64,000 bases of DNA. Origin: Eledone cirrhosa. Lineage: Eukaryota. The notes under the pieces were generated by a model. The model saw only the letters and a list, made by a program, of their open reading frames with translations. It was not told the origin of the DNA and did no database searches. Where the stretch lies: assembly GCA_964016885.1 (NCBI GenBank), contig OZ024740.1, positions 375,782,001-375,846,000 on the forward strand, in the 5' to 3' direction. The translations under genes and the position numbers were made by a program. This document shows, one piece after another, positions 42,270 to 55,821 of this stretch. The first letter of the stretch is position 1. Every line of letters begins with the position of its first letter.

Positions 42270-42774
42270 GTACATACATATTACGTACATACATATACAA
42301 ATGCAGACATACATGCAAACATACATACATGATGGCTGTCCCCTCGTTATCGAGTAAGGCCATTGCACGATATACCATTATTAATAATTATTTATTAATT
42401 CTATCGTGCAATCCTTGTGCATGAAGATTTTTTTTTTAAGTGAGGAAAGACAGTGCTCCTGAACCAATTCCAATGTCTGAGCAATAGTAGCTATAACCCG
42501 AAAAGAAGAAAAGATCAACATCATCGGTAACTACTGAACCGCAGGTTTTATGACGGAGTTGTCCCAGTTTCCTGAGTTGCCTTCTCCTAGAAAAATTCCC
42601 TGACAAAGGCTAGAGGTCCTTCACTCCTCGTGGTTTAACCGCACGATCGGGTATCCACGCCGACTATTTCTATGTACCCACATACATATGTATATGTTTA
42701 TATACATATTTACACATGTTTGGATGGCTGTTGACATTTATGAGTTCTTCCGCCGTTACATACATACATACATT

Positions 42775-43660
42775 GATTTCCAAAAGAGACAGGGATGCAG
42801 GCAAAACACCTAGATGTGATAACAAGTGCAGACTGCAGAATTAACATCGAAGATGTCACACATGTCATAAGCAGCTGTCCTAAGATATCATAGCGGTACT
42901 ATCTACCTATAAGGTATGATGAGGTGGCCAAAACACTGTACAATGCAATCCCTGGAAAATATAGCCGCGATAATAAACACATTAAAAGCTACAACAATCT
43001 GGAAGACATACATATACAAAATACGAAAGAGTACTGCTGTAATGTTCCAGTAAAAACCCCAATAAAATGCAGGCATAACAGACCAGATATTATGATATGG
43101 GACAGGGAAAAGAAGCCATGCAAGGTAGTGGAAGTTAGCTGCCCAGCAGATGCCAATAAGATATCAAAGATTAGCGTAAATGAGAATATTTATGCAGATC
43201 TGATGAGAAATCTGCAGATACTCCACCCTGATTATACCTTCAGATTTATGCCTGTGATTATTGGGGCACAGGGATATATTAGTAACTGCCCCAATATAAA
43301 TCTTGAGAATCTATGCTTCACAGGAACAGAAAGAACACATCTAGTTAGGAAATTACAAGTACAATCCAATAATGGAATAGTAAAATATGTAAAACATTCC
43401 AAATATTTTGAATCTAATAACTGCATATACACATGTACAAATACAAAGCATATACACATGGACACATATAACTCAAAACATACACATCCACACATACGAT
43501 AACATCCATATCCACACATGCATGCATGCAGATATGCATACATATCTACAAGGTTGAAGTTGTGTAAATTCCAACGAGAGAGTATTGTGTCTATGTTAGA
43601 AACTGACACTCTCTCTATTGGCAAAACTTGGTGAAATTATAAAACCAGAAGAACATACAT
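42775..43660 (+). mobile_element. R4/Dong-type non-LTR 3' fragment (CCHC finger + restriction-like endonuclease) in an (ACAT)n tract
   Basis: KCRL..EDVTHVISSCP, R(Y)DEVAKTLY, NRPDIMIWDRE..VEVSCP..ENIYADL; ACATACAT at both ends. Confidence 0.8.
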
Positions 43661-44061
43661 ACATACGTACACATACATAAAAATAACTACATGGATATAT
43701 ATTTATCTAAAACATAGCGGTAATAAAATAATTTCCCTTACCCACGACTGGTTGGATCCTTTAATTCGTTAGTATGCAGAAAATATTGAGCGTATCAATT
43801 CAGCGCAAAATTTGTAATTTATATTCGTGATGTATTGAATTTGTCTATGGTGTTGTGTTCTTTGCGAAGATATATAATGAAATGTACCAATATATTGAAT
43901 AATATACATTTATAATTATTATTGGTGTTGCCGTATTGTCGACTATAGTAATCAATATATCACTATATTCTAAAGCGTTTAGATAATAGCACGAATAATA
44001 ACCCGAATAAAAACTCAGTTAAGTGTTATGATACTATATATATATTTTTTAATACTACATA

Positions 44062-44181
<120 letters not shown>

Positions 44182-44940
44182 CATATGTGTATGCAGTAAC
44201 ACATTGGTGGACGTGATAGTGGAAAATGGAAAATAATCTGGTTTTGGTGCTGACATATTACATTATTTATCACAGTGAAAAATAGATACCTTAGGTCTCA
44301 TGTCCAAATAGGGCCAATTCCTTGCTAAGTAGAAACACTCAATGACTTCACCAGATCTTCAACCACCTTAACATTAATATATATACATTCTATATAACCT
44401 TTCTATTCTTCACAATGTTATAGCACAGTGCACATTCTATACTGCTCATCCCCAACACCTAAATAAAATGCATATATTACATACCACCTCATTTGCTGTG
44501 CTGATCACACACAGCCACAGTTAAATACACATTTCTATATAATATTTTTACAATAAGGAACACTCAGACACAAACATGTACATTACAATTTTACATCGCG
44601 AATTATTTCCCTTTATTATGAAGCGTCAATAATTAGATAAATAAATAAATAATAATATCATAAATGTGTATTTAACAGTCTTATCATTAACTTTAAACTC
44701 GTTTATATTCCTGATGACTAGGTCACGAATTTGATTGCTTCTCCATGCATTCTGCCTGACAATTTCACAATTTGGGGAACTGGCCATATTTGGTCTTTGA
44801 AACATAAGACAACGCTCTTTGTGCTGTGTCTGAATATAAAATACATAATAATAATAATGATAATAATAATAATTGTTTCTACTTTAGGCACAAGGCCAGC
44901 AATTACCCAGTGCATTACTGGTACTTTAATAATAATAATA

Positions 44941-47900
44941 ATGATTTCTTTATTGGCCACAAGGGCTGACATCAAGAAAAACATTACTGATGGCACAAGT
45001 GAAACTTGAAAAAGTTAATCAGGGATTCGCCGAAGAGGACAGTTTCTGTATTTAACCCTTGTCCACCACACAAACTCATGGCCACAAGGCAGATGAAAAC
45101 CGCCTGCCCTTCCTCCTCAAAGGAAGACGGCGAAACCATCTACACAATGTACTCACTCGATAACCGGATCGGTCCTACACGCGACAGCAACTGTTCGACA
45201 TAGCTCCACAAGTCAGCAATGCTCGGGCACTGAACGAGTGAGAGCACGGGGTTTCGTCTCTCTGGGCGCATCTCGAAAAGGCTCGGCTGACGGTACTTCC
45301 GTGCCTGTAGAGCTTATCTCGAACCGGCAAATCTCCCCGGTAGCAGTGCCAGGCCAGGGATGTCTGGAAGTTACCCATAAGCCCTGGGCTGAAAGTTTTC
45401 CGGAAGACAGCAAACAGCTGATTTTCGTCGACGCCCAGGATCTCTCCGACAACGTCTTCGTTCTTCCCCTCCACTAGTCCTCTACCTCTATAGAACGCCA
45501 AGGTGGATGTTCCACAGATACTAGTGCCCAGCTGGCAGAGGGAAAATAATAATAATAATAATTGTTTCTACTTTTGGCACAAGGCCAGCAATTAGCCAGT
45601 GCATTACTGGTATTTTATTTTATCGACCCCATAAGGATGAAAGGCAAAGGTAACCTCGGCAGGATTTGAACACAGAATGGCAAGGGCCGTAACTCTGTGC
45701 CTCAGAGCTTGGCGTCCGACCCTCTACCGATACTGTCAATCCACCGCAATAATAATAATGATTTCTTTATTGGCCACAAGGGCTGACATCAAGAAAAACA
45801 TTAGAGACCACACAGGACGGTAAGGTGTGGGTTTTGCGCGTGTAAAGATTTTTATTATTTATATAAGAAAAGAAAAAGTATAACACATAGAAATAGAGGG
45901 CGGCGAGCACCTGGATGCATTCCAGTTTCCAAGCGCTATCCGTAGGTCTTTTCCTGACCCACGAATACAGCTCCGTCATGGAGGCGAGCTGTGGGAAGAC
46001 GGCCTGGCGAACGGCGACCACACCTGGTCACCGTCAAGGAAGCACCAGAGATGTTGCAGCCTCAGCGCATGTTTGCGCATCATCAGCCATGGCATGCCCA
46101 GTCCTCCACACAACGGGTGTTGACAGCAGATGGATCGTCTGACCATGGGAGCGCGTCCCTTCCAAAAGAAGCGGAAGAGGAGACGCTCCATTTTGGTGAG
46201 AGTTGGGCCGGGGCAAGGGACGACGGTGAGGCGGTAGAAGATGACGGACGCGATGTACGCATTCGCTACCTCCGCCCAGCCTTTCAGGGACAGTTCCTCT
46301 CGGCCCAATACTGGGTGAGGGAGGCCACCCTGTTCGTCACCTTGTTCCAGTTTTTCTCCATCTCGAGGGCCGGTCCCAACCAGACCCCGAGCAATTTAAC
46401 CGGTCCATCCGTCCAACGCCCCACGACGCTGTCGGACGGCATGGACTTGCCTCTCCAGGGGCCCAGCTACAAGCCCACTGACTTTACATGTTTGTCTTTG
46501 CTCCTGTCACCGCTTCGTATTGCTTGAGAGCGGTGCCAAGCATCTAGACGTGTCTGGTGCTCGACAACACCACGGTAACGTCATCGGCGTAAGCCGACTC
46601 GGATTTACCGCATCCTAGTTCGCGTAGGACGCCCCTCATCGCCCCGAGTTTGTGCACTAACGGCTCGAGAGCCCATACGTACAAGAGGGACGATAGGGGA
46701 CAACCCTGGCGGACCGAAAACATAATACTGAACGGCTGCGACAGGTGACCGGTCACCCTCCAAATTGAGCAGATGTGGCTGTACATCGCAGCGATGCAAC
46801 CTCTGAAAACGGTCCCGAAACCGGATGCCTCGAGGACCGCGGCCAGGTACCGATGGTCGAGCCTAGTGAATGCTTTAGATTAATCCAAGTTGATCAGTGT
46901 CCCACCCGTGCCAGGTTCCTTAACCACCCTCTCTATGATGTATCGCATGAGGTGGAGGTTGTGGTGTATGGATCTGTCCGGAATGGCGCATGTCTGCGCC
47001 TCTCCCACCAGACCCTCGACGACAAGCGCCAACCTCGTTGCTAACACCTTGGCCAAAATCTTGAACTCTGCGTTTAGCAGAGTTATGGGCCTGAAGCTAT
47101 CGATTACATCCCCCTTGTTCGGGTCTTTTCTCAGAAGCGTCACCGCTCCCCGGCTCACAAAAATGGGAATGTTCCCGTTCTGCTGCCAATTGCAGTAGAC
47201 GTCTGCCAAGACGTCACCGAACAAGTATGGCATAACTGCATAAAGCTCGTAGGGCAGACCATCCAAACCTGGCGAATAACCCCTCGTGTAGTTAGCCTTC
47301 GCTTCCCGTATTTCACCGACTGTTATTGGCTTTTCGCAACACTGTGCTGCGGTAGTCGAGAGCCGAGGCAGTCCGTCGAGGTATGCACTGAAGTCAATAC
47401 CCCGATCCGGCTCGCCGCTGCTCCCAAACATTTCAGCAAAGTGCTGCATAAAAGCCTCACACATATGCTAGTGTTCGAGCAACACGAGCCCGATTTGGTC
47501 AGGCAAAGACCGAATTGTGACTTTGTTGCTACGTCGCGCCTCTGCCACCCGAGACCATTGGACGGCTTTTGTCCATCGGGTTTCAGAGCACGCGCTCTAG
47601 TTCTAACAACGCAACCTTGGTGTTTTGCGTTGAAGAATTGGTCGAGTGCCAATCTCGCTGCAAGCACGTCGGTTGCGATGCCTGTCCTAAACGCCTCTTC
47701 TAGCTTTCTGACTAGTTCTCCCTCTACTCTATTTTCCTCTATCACTAGTCCTTTGCTAAACCTAATCGATTCCACTTTAATTGCCCTTTTCAGGGCTCCC
47801 GTCAACGCCAGCTTAACTAATACGCTAAAGAGCGGGACGTTCCGAGAAAGGTCTTTAGACGTCTGAAGAAATCTGGCCGTCATGCCCCAGTTGGGGCGCA

Positions 47901-48160
47901 GACGGCTACTAGCCTGAAAGCATTGCCTTCGCTGCCGTTTACTTCCACCACCACCGAAGATGGTCCGTATGGCGATATCCAGGAAGATGGCCCGTATGGC
48001 GATATCCAAGCCTCTCCGAAAAAGGACGGCAAACCCTCCCCCGCTCCTGGACGGCTGGGAGATGCGTATACATCATCGCCGAAGATCGGTGGGAAGGCTC
48101 GTGCTTCGTAGAGTCTGGTCTCGCTGATGGCCACTACATCTATATTTAGTGACCTGGGGT
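44941..48160 (-). mobile_element. Tx1/L1-clade LINE ORF2 (APE-RT-ZnF), decayed, with a nested insert at ~45541-45895
   Basis: AISETRL, SPGLDGLPYELY, FRPITLLNAEFKILAK, VRQGCPLS, AYADDVTV. Related to 7199-10252. The 3' end AATAAAGAAATC(ATT)n occurs at 44941 and 45760. Confidence 0.9.
45546..45747 (-). mobile_element. tRNA-derived SINE in an (AAT)n tract
   Basis: Family match, AAT repeats on both sides. Confidence 0.85.
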
Positions 48161-49380
48161 CCTCTTGTGGAACATGTTGTAGATAGTCAATAGCTTCCTA
48201 GTCTTCCTATCCATTTCTTTTTGTTCAGCAACATTCCATTTCAGAATTCTCGCAGTGTACCTAATAATAGACACAGCTCGGGAATTCGCTCCTTACTCTC
48301 CTTATGTACTCAATCTTATCAATTCCTTCATTTTTTGTTCTCGATGTCATCTGCCTCCAGAAAACCTAAATATCAGTATCCTTCTTCAGTGTCAATTTCC
48401 TTTATCTTCTCACCTGTTGGTACCTGGATTCCCTTGCTTCTGATCAATTTACCCATGTTCATCACTAGGACTCCACACTTATTAATACCAAATTCCGTAC
48501 ATATATCATTGCTGTAAATACGGACAGTATCAACAAGTACATCCAACTCATTCTCACACTTCCCAAAGAGTTTAAGATCGTACAGGAAGAGGAGGTGTTT
48601 GATAGTAAGCTCTCCTTTTCCCAACTTGTATCCTGCTCTCACTTTTCGCAATATAACGGTCAGGGGTATCAGACCAAGGACAAACAGCAGAGGGGACAAA
48701 CTATTTCCCTGGAAGATACCTCTCTTGATCTTCACGCCTCCCAAGGATTCTCCACCCGATGTTAATTCTGTTTCCCAGGATTTCATACTTTTGCTGAACA
48801 ACTGTCTGATGTTATCTGCCACCTTGAAGATCTCTAGGTTTTTGGTTATCCAAGAATGAGGTACTATGTCGAATGCCTTTTTGTAGTCTATCCATCCCAT
48901 GGCCAGACCAGTGTGTCTCCTCTTGCAATTCCTCATTACCATCTTATCAATAAGTAACGGGTCCTTTGTACCACGGGACTTCTTTCGGCATCCTTTCTTT
49001 TTGTCCGGTAACAAGTTGTTTATGTGGAGGTGATTGTAGATTTCCTCAGACACAATGCGTGTTAACAGTTTCTACATTACGGACTGACATGTGATAGGTC
49101 TATAGTTGGTAACATCATTATCTTTGATTCGGTCTTTCATTACCAGAGCTGTGGTACCTTTTGTCAACCACTCTGGTACCTCACCTGACATCAAGCAGTT
49201 ATCGAACATGTTTGTCAGTTTCGGGTGGAGGGATGTTATATTTTTAATCCAATACCCTTGCACACTATCTGGGCCTGGTGATTTCTAGTTGGTTAGTTTT
49301 TTGGCCTGCCCTTTAAGAGTTTCATCTGTGATACTCAAATCAGTTTGTTGGTGTACTTGTTCACTAATCTCTATTTCAGA
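48160..49380 (-). mobile_element. R4/Dong-type reverse transcriptase fragment
   Basis: KSPGPDSVQGYWIK, YRPITC, GCRKKSRGTKDPLLID, WIDYKKAFD, GIFQGNSLSPLLF, HLLFLYDLK (decayed catalytic motif). Confidence 0.88.
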
Positions 49381-49467
49381 GCACCAAACCTAATACCTAA
49401 TTTTTCTGGACCGGCAATCGCTCTGTATAATCAGTGCCTGGATTCTATAAGAATCCAGCTTCTATAA

Positions 49468-49558
49468 TTTTCGGCGAAAGCAAAGGAGTATGTGGCTCTG
49501 ATGAACGCCAACGGGCGTGAAACAAACAGTCAGCTACTCTCCCTTCTTTCGCCGAAAA
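49468..49558 (+). ncRNA. Type I hammerhead ribozyme with long extended stem I
   Basis: TTTTCGGCGAAAG..GGAG TAT GTGGCT-CTGATGA-ACGCC AACG GGCGT-GAAA-CAAACA-GTC-AGCTAC T CTCC..CTTTCGCCGAAAA. Confidence 0.88.
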
Positions 49559-50043
49559 GAAATAAGTGACATAGTCACTACTTTAAAACTCATAGGGATG
49601 GTCTTCCAATTGTGCTTAATTAAACATACGGTATATTGCCAAATATACTATACATACGTTTATATATATACTAGACTACTCGTGACCCGTTGTGTCACCA
49701 ATATTTCAAAGTACCCGAAACAACCGCATATCTCAGGATACCGTGGTCCGATTTACGTGAAACTTCTCTTTTCGCAGTATTATTCACAAGTATTTTCACA
49801 AAGAAAATATCAAGCCATTTTTCACTAATAGCTCTCCTTTCACTCCACATCAAATTCTTTTTTTCGTATCTCTTTCGATGTTTGACTGTTTGTTCTGAAA
49901 GATTTTTCTGCTTAAATAGTTGCAAAGTTAATGAAAGACTGGTTTTATTTACAAAAATTTGAGAGAAATTATTCTTACTTGTTAGCTTTTATTTTCTGCT
50001 TTCATTTTCTGACGTTAGAATTAATATTTTATCATATTTATGT

Positions 50044-53000
50044 TTACAGTTTTTTCAAAAGAATGCTTTTGATGACAACATTCTTAGTCGACTGGGTGTC
50101 TTTCAGAAACACTCGGACATTTTGTTTTCGTTTTCCGCGGGTAAGGGCGACATAGAGTTGACCGTGTTGGAATACAGGTCGTTCCAGATAAACTAACACA
50201 TTTTCCATAGTTTGTCCTTGTGCTTTATGAATAGTCATAGCGAAGCACGATTGAACTGGAAATTGACTTCGCTGCAAAGGGATATCCTCATGTTCGGATA
50301 GATTAATTGTTATTCTAGGTATCATAACAATCTCATTTTTGAAAGCAGCACTGTTGATTCTTGCTACTAGATTGTTATGCAGTTCTTCCACGATCATGCG
50401 TGTTCCATTACAAAGCCTTGGAGGATTCAAGTTTCTCATTAGAATTATTGGTGATCCTTTTTTCAATTCCAGGTTATGTGGTGGCAGTCCTGATAGTTCA
50501 ACCGAATCAAGGAATTCAGTCGGGAAATCAGTGGCATTGGCACCATCACTCACATAATTATAGGATCGGTACTCTTTTATGGTTCCAGGGAAGCGTCTGA
50601 TACAGGTGGAATTGATGCTTCTCATCATTTAATTGAGAGGTACTAAGATGCAATTGTTCGAAAACATTTCAGTTGGATTGTCGAATGAGGGGTAGATGAA
50701 ATCAATACATTCTTCCATTGTTGTTGCTTGGAGAATCATTTCTTTTGGAAAAATAATTTCCAGATTTTCATTTTTGGGGATCTTATCTTCTCCAATATCC
50801 AATAGGAACTCTGAATAGTCTCCTGCTCCCTCACACAATCGCATGTTTGTCTTCAAATGAGATTTTTTAAAGCTTCGCCATAAGTAGGATTTTTGAATGC
50901 AGGCATTTTCCACATCTGCTTCATTTCCTCTTTTCACTACCGGAAGAAGTTGACGGAAATCTCCACAGCAAATTGTCAAAATTCCACCGAATTCCTCATT
51001 GTTGTCGCATATGTCACGCAGAGTAAGGTCAACAGCTTCGAAGCTTTCCCTCCGAATCATAGGACACTCGTCCCAAACAATCAGCCTTGTATGCTGGAAT
51101 AGGTTTGCCGTCTTTGAGTTTTTATCAATGTTGCACAGACCATTTTCTTTCACTGCTATTGGTATTTTGAACCTAGAATGCGCCGTTCTTCCACCACACA
51201 TCAGTGTTGCCGCAATGTCAGATGACGCAACAGCAATAGCCACATCGCCGTTTCCCCTAACTTTTGAAAGGATTAAGTTAAGCAAGAATGTCTTTCCTGT
51301 TCCACCTGGAGCGTCAATGAAAATCAATGCAGATGTGTTCCTCTCTAAACTGTTACAAATGAAGTCGTACACATGTTTTTGGTCACTATTCAATAAAGGT
51401 TCCCTTTCTTCTACAAATTGTCGCTGTTCTTCTTTGTTGTATTGCAATTCATGCAATAACTCCAAATTGCCAATATCCTGATTAGCGACAATATTATTTG
51501 GCATTGGCAAGTTAAAGTCACTAAGACTTTTGCCCAGGTTGTTAAGTTTGTCTTCAAAATACAGAAGACATTGATCATAATGTCTCTCGCTAATGAAAAG
51601 GCTAGAGTTTCTTGTAGCTCTTTTTTCTATCTGAAGGTAATCCTCAGACAGCGAATTCTTAAATCGAGCCCATAAAGCATTGGAATTGTCAATTTCCGTA
51701 TTTGTGAGGATCACGATGAATAGATCTCTCATGGCTTTGGGAAGCCTTGTTCGCTCAGCATCTTCCAGAGTCTGCTGCCAATGATCATCTGATTGAAGCA
51801 AACCTTTCTCTCTGCAAACGTCTTTGAATAATGGCAGGAGTTCTCCATCACACATTTTCAAAGAGTTGAAAGATACTGGTCCTTTGACGTGATGCAGAAG
51901 GAGTCTTAAATAATATAGGTCACTACTTCGTGGGGAAACAGTGTACACTCGTCCCTAAACGTTCGCCTCAAAAATTCCTGGATACTGCTCAACTATTTTC
52001 CCCACCTTCCTCCTTTCCCATCTCTTATTATTCCATGTGTAAAACTTTGGTACATCGGCATAATACAATGTTTTTGCAAACGGTTCGCGAGTGCAAAGAT
52101 CCATGAACTCAGTCAGAGTTGTCTTAGCCATGTTATTGTTTACTTTAACAGCAACATTGACCCGAAAGAAGATTTGATTTTTCTCAGGTAGATGAACTTG
52201 AAGGCGAACTACGGTCGGTTCCCTCTCATGAATTGGAAATCCAAGTACCGAGGCAACAGCTTCTGAAGGACCGATATATCTTCCTGTTAAATACTGTGTT
52301 ATCTCATCTTCCCTGTTCACTCCAAACATTGCTTGATCACTGCCCTTCATGGTATATTTTATAACGTATTTGATCGATTTCACGGAAGAGCATATCTCTA
52401 CATTTAGGTGGCAGTTGAACAGTTTTAATAGTTTCATATTGTAGGGAACCACCCATTCTGAAGTTATATTTTGGCTTTCCCTTCTTTCTTGGTGCCCTTC
52501 AAATCCTCCCATTTCAGGGGACCGTCTTCTGTACACAGGATAAGAGTCCCCTCCACACAATGTATGTTCAACAAAAGGCTTAGGGTACCGCTTACTGCAT
52601 GTTCCATCTTTCCAACACGGTGAATTGTTAGAGCAATTCGGACCATGGATCATGTGCTTCAGCACCAATTGATGAACCTCTGGATCTTTGTTTGGATCTG
52701 GTATTTCGGCTTGAACGAATTTATCATATTCCTGTGGTCTGGGCTTGGTGGTTTCATTGAGCCATAACAAACAGTGCACATGAGGAAGACCTGGCTTTTG
52801 ATATTCAACTGTCAGCACGTAAGCAATGCAGTTGCCAAATAAGCCATCTACTCCAGTAAGATGCTTTCTGAACAGTTTCCGTTTCAGGTCAAATACTCTG
52901 GCAATTAAATCTGGCCTGTCCTGTGGCTTCTGATTCAGGAAGAGGTTTTGCCGGATTTCGGGCCAGTTTGGATTGCATGTCATTGTGATGAACAACGAAG

Positions 53001-54884
53001 CATTGCCGTACTTCCGTATGTACATCATGGCATCCTGGCATCGCTCCATCATATATCTCGGTCCACCAACAAATGTAGAAGAGAGTATGATTCGTCTGCC
53101 GATGTTGCGAAAATCGTCATCATCATTCAATGCATCAGTAAGGCCCTTGTATGTTTTAGATCGCAATGTTGTTTGATTCATTTGGATGTATCTGAGCCTA
53201 TCTCCTTCAATCTTTGCAGCCATGTCAACCAAATATTGCTGAAATAAACGACCACCTCTGAGAAGTTGGTTGAATTCATTCTCATGGTTCATTATTCGAT
53301 AGGCATAGTAGCGCATCGGTGTCAATTTCTTGATGTTGCTCATTAACAGCTCATGATGCCATCCATCATCGCCAAAAGGAAAAAATAGAACATACTGCAA
53401 ACTATCATAGGACCGATGGGACTCTGAGATTATTTTCAGTTGTTCACCTTTTTCTTTCAACACGATCTGCCGTGCTTTTGATTGAAGTTCGGTGCTCTTT
53501 TGTATAATAACAGCAACTTCATTTGCAGTTTGTGCATTGAATCTTCTGTCATGTTCCATTGCTGGTCTCCTATCAGGATCAATAATAATCGAAGCTTCGG
53601 GAATATTTTTAATTTGTTCTTTTGCCAGTTGAAATGACGCAACATAAGGGTTATATTGTCTCAGTATAATTTCTAATAATTCAACTATGTCGCGCTGAAT
53701 GCCATCGTTATGGATTATCCTGATCCTTAAATCAACACTATCCTGAGGATCCAAGAAGTAAATTTGAAGAAATTTGGGTTGTTCATTGGGATTAGGAGTT
53801 AAGGAACCGATGTAATGGTGAATTTGACCATGAATAACAATAGAAGGATTCCATCCACTTCTTGAGGTACGAACTTCTTTGGCCCCAAAAGATGTCATTT
53901 GGAATAAGCAGTTGTATTGTCTGAGGTTCTTCCTGAACTCGTTTGCTCTAGGTTGATCTGTACTAAATAAATGTTGAAGTTCTTGGGGTAAAGGCTGCAG
54001 ATTCCCTAGCCTGACTTTTCCATTCATACAGCAAAAGTTAGCAGTTTCACCATGAAAAAGCATTGCATGGCAACAGACACAGATCTTATTCATTTGTCCA
54101 ACATCAGCAGAGAGGTCACGTCGTTGAACTGTCTTTGCTCTATCCTTCTGTTCCACCAGACGTGCAGCTTTCTGAGCATTCGATTCCTGATCTTTCTTTC
54201 TTCTGTTTCTTTCCCTCTGTTCCGCCAGACGTGCAGCTCTCCGAGCCTCCGATTCCTGATCTCTCCTGCTTCTGTCTCTTTCTCCCTGTTCTGCCAGACG
54301 TGCAGCTCTCCGAGCCTCCGATTCCTGATCTCTCCTGCTTCTGTCTCTTTCTCCCTGTTCCGCCAGACGTGCAGCTTTCAGAGCCTCCGATTCCTGATCT
54401 CTCCTGCTTCTGTCTCTTTCTCCCTGTTCTGCCAGACGTGCAGCTCTCCGAGCCTCCGATTCCTGATTACTCCTGCTTCTGTCTCTTTCTCCCTGTTCTG
54501 CCAGACGTGCAGCTCTCCGAGCCTCCGATTCCTGATCTCTCCTGCTTCTGTCTCTTTCTCCCTGTTCTGCCAGACGTGCAGCTCTCCGAGCCTCCGATTC
54601 TTGATCTCTCCTGCTTCTGTCTCTTTCTCCCTGTTCCACCAGACGTGCAGCTTTCCGAGCCTCCGATTCCTGATCTCTCCTGCTTCTGTCTCTTCCCTCT
54701 GTTCCGCCAGACGTGCAGCTCTTGCTTTATCAGTCTCATCGATCCTTCTCTTCGCATGCCTGTCCTGGTCTTGTTGTTGGCATTGACCACTATCTTGCTC
54801 ACCTTCTTCGGCTTTCCTTAGCCGCACTCTCTTCCCATTATCTGTAGTCGAACAAGATGTTTTCTTTCTTCCTCGTTGAGGCAT
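50044..54884 (-). pseudogene. Helitron RepHel transposase (HUH-Y2 Rep + PIF1 helicase), ~1600 codons, one frameshift and two in-frame stops
   Basis: FITMTCNPNWPEI, EYQKPGLPHVHCL, KYVIKYTMKG, DAPGGTGKT, IVWDE, GDFRQ, MTIHKAQGQT, HGQLYVALTR. Stops at 51955-57 and 50629-31 are in frame. One N-terminal repeat unit is 68 rather than 69 bp. Confidence 0.95.
54140..54725 (-). repeat. 69-bp coding minisatellite (~9 units; 23-aa EQGERDRSRRDQESEARRAARLA)
   Basis: CAGACGTGCAGC recurs at 54157, 54226 ... 54640, 54708. Confidence 0.95.
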
Positions 54885-55821
54885 GATTTAAGAATAGAAA
54901 ATCCTATTCACCTGACAAAAATTTCCTATTACCTCAAAAATTATTTTTCTTAAATTATCACTTTAAAATATTTCTAAATAATGAAAATATTGTCTGTTTA
55001 AAGAAAGCTAAATATAAATATTTACTCTACAAACGATTCGTATTTTTCAAATCACATTCACTTATAAAATACTTTTTGATAATTAAAAAAAAAATTACCG
55101 TATTCACTTGTAAATAGTTTTAAAAACAATTAAAATATTATCTGTGCAAAGAAGGCTAAAATATAAACACTTACAGTGTGAACAACTTTTGGAAATCACA
55201 TTCACTTAAAAATATTTCTAAATAATTAAAATATTTTGTTCAACAAAAACAAAAATATTTACTGTAAAAGCAACTCGTATTTTTCAGTCATATTCACTGA
55301 ACAGTTTTAATTTTAATAATTACAATATCGTCTGTTTAGTGAAAGCTTAAATATAGATACTTAAAAGTACAAAGAAATTGTAATTTTGAAATCATATTCA
55401 CTGAGAAATCACTGAAATTGGTGTATGTAATGATTATGAAAAATATTTTTTGCATAATGAAAATATTTATTTAAGATTTACGCCAAAATTGCTTTATCCC
55501 CTTTGTATTCCAATTACGGAATATTTTCCCATTATGCACCGTTTTGGCTATTTACGAAGATAGAGAAAGATACTTAAAAGTACAAAGAACTTGTAATTTT
55601 GAAATCATATTCACTGAGAAATCACTGAAATTGGTTTATGTAATGATTATGAAAAATACATTTTGCATAATGAAAATATTTATTTAAGATTTACGCCAAA
55701 ATTGTTGTATCCCCTTTGTATTCCAATTACGGAATATTTTCCCATTATGCACCGTTTTGGCTATTTACGAAGGTAGAGAAAGTGTGTGCAAGCAAACAAA
55801 CAAACAATCAAGATCAGAGTT

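Larger units (their letters stand above)
49671..55821 (-). mobile_element. Near-complete autonomous-type Helitron
   Basis: 3' hairpin GTGACACAACGGGTCAC, then AGTAGTCTAG|T at 49671; RepHel inside; 5' subterminal motif at 55775-55821. Confidence 0.92.

Noticed and set aside
54052-54821. Plus-strand 244/252-aa repeat ORFs
   Set aside because: Antisense shadows of the 69-bp RepHel repeat.
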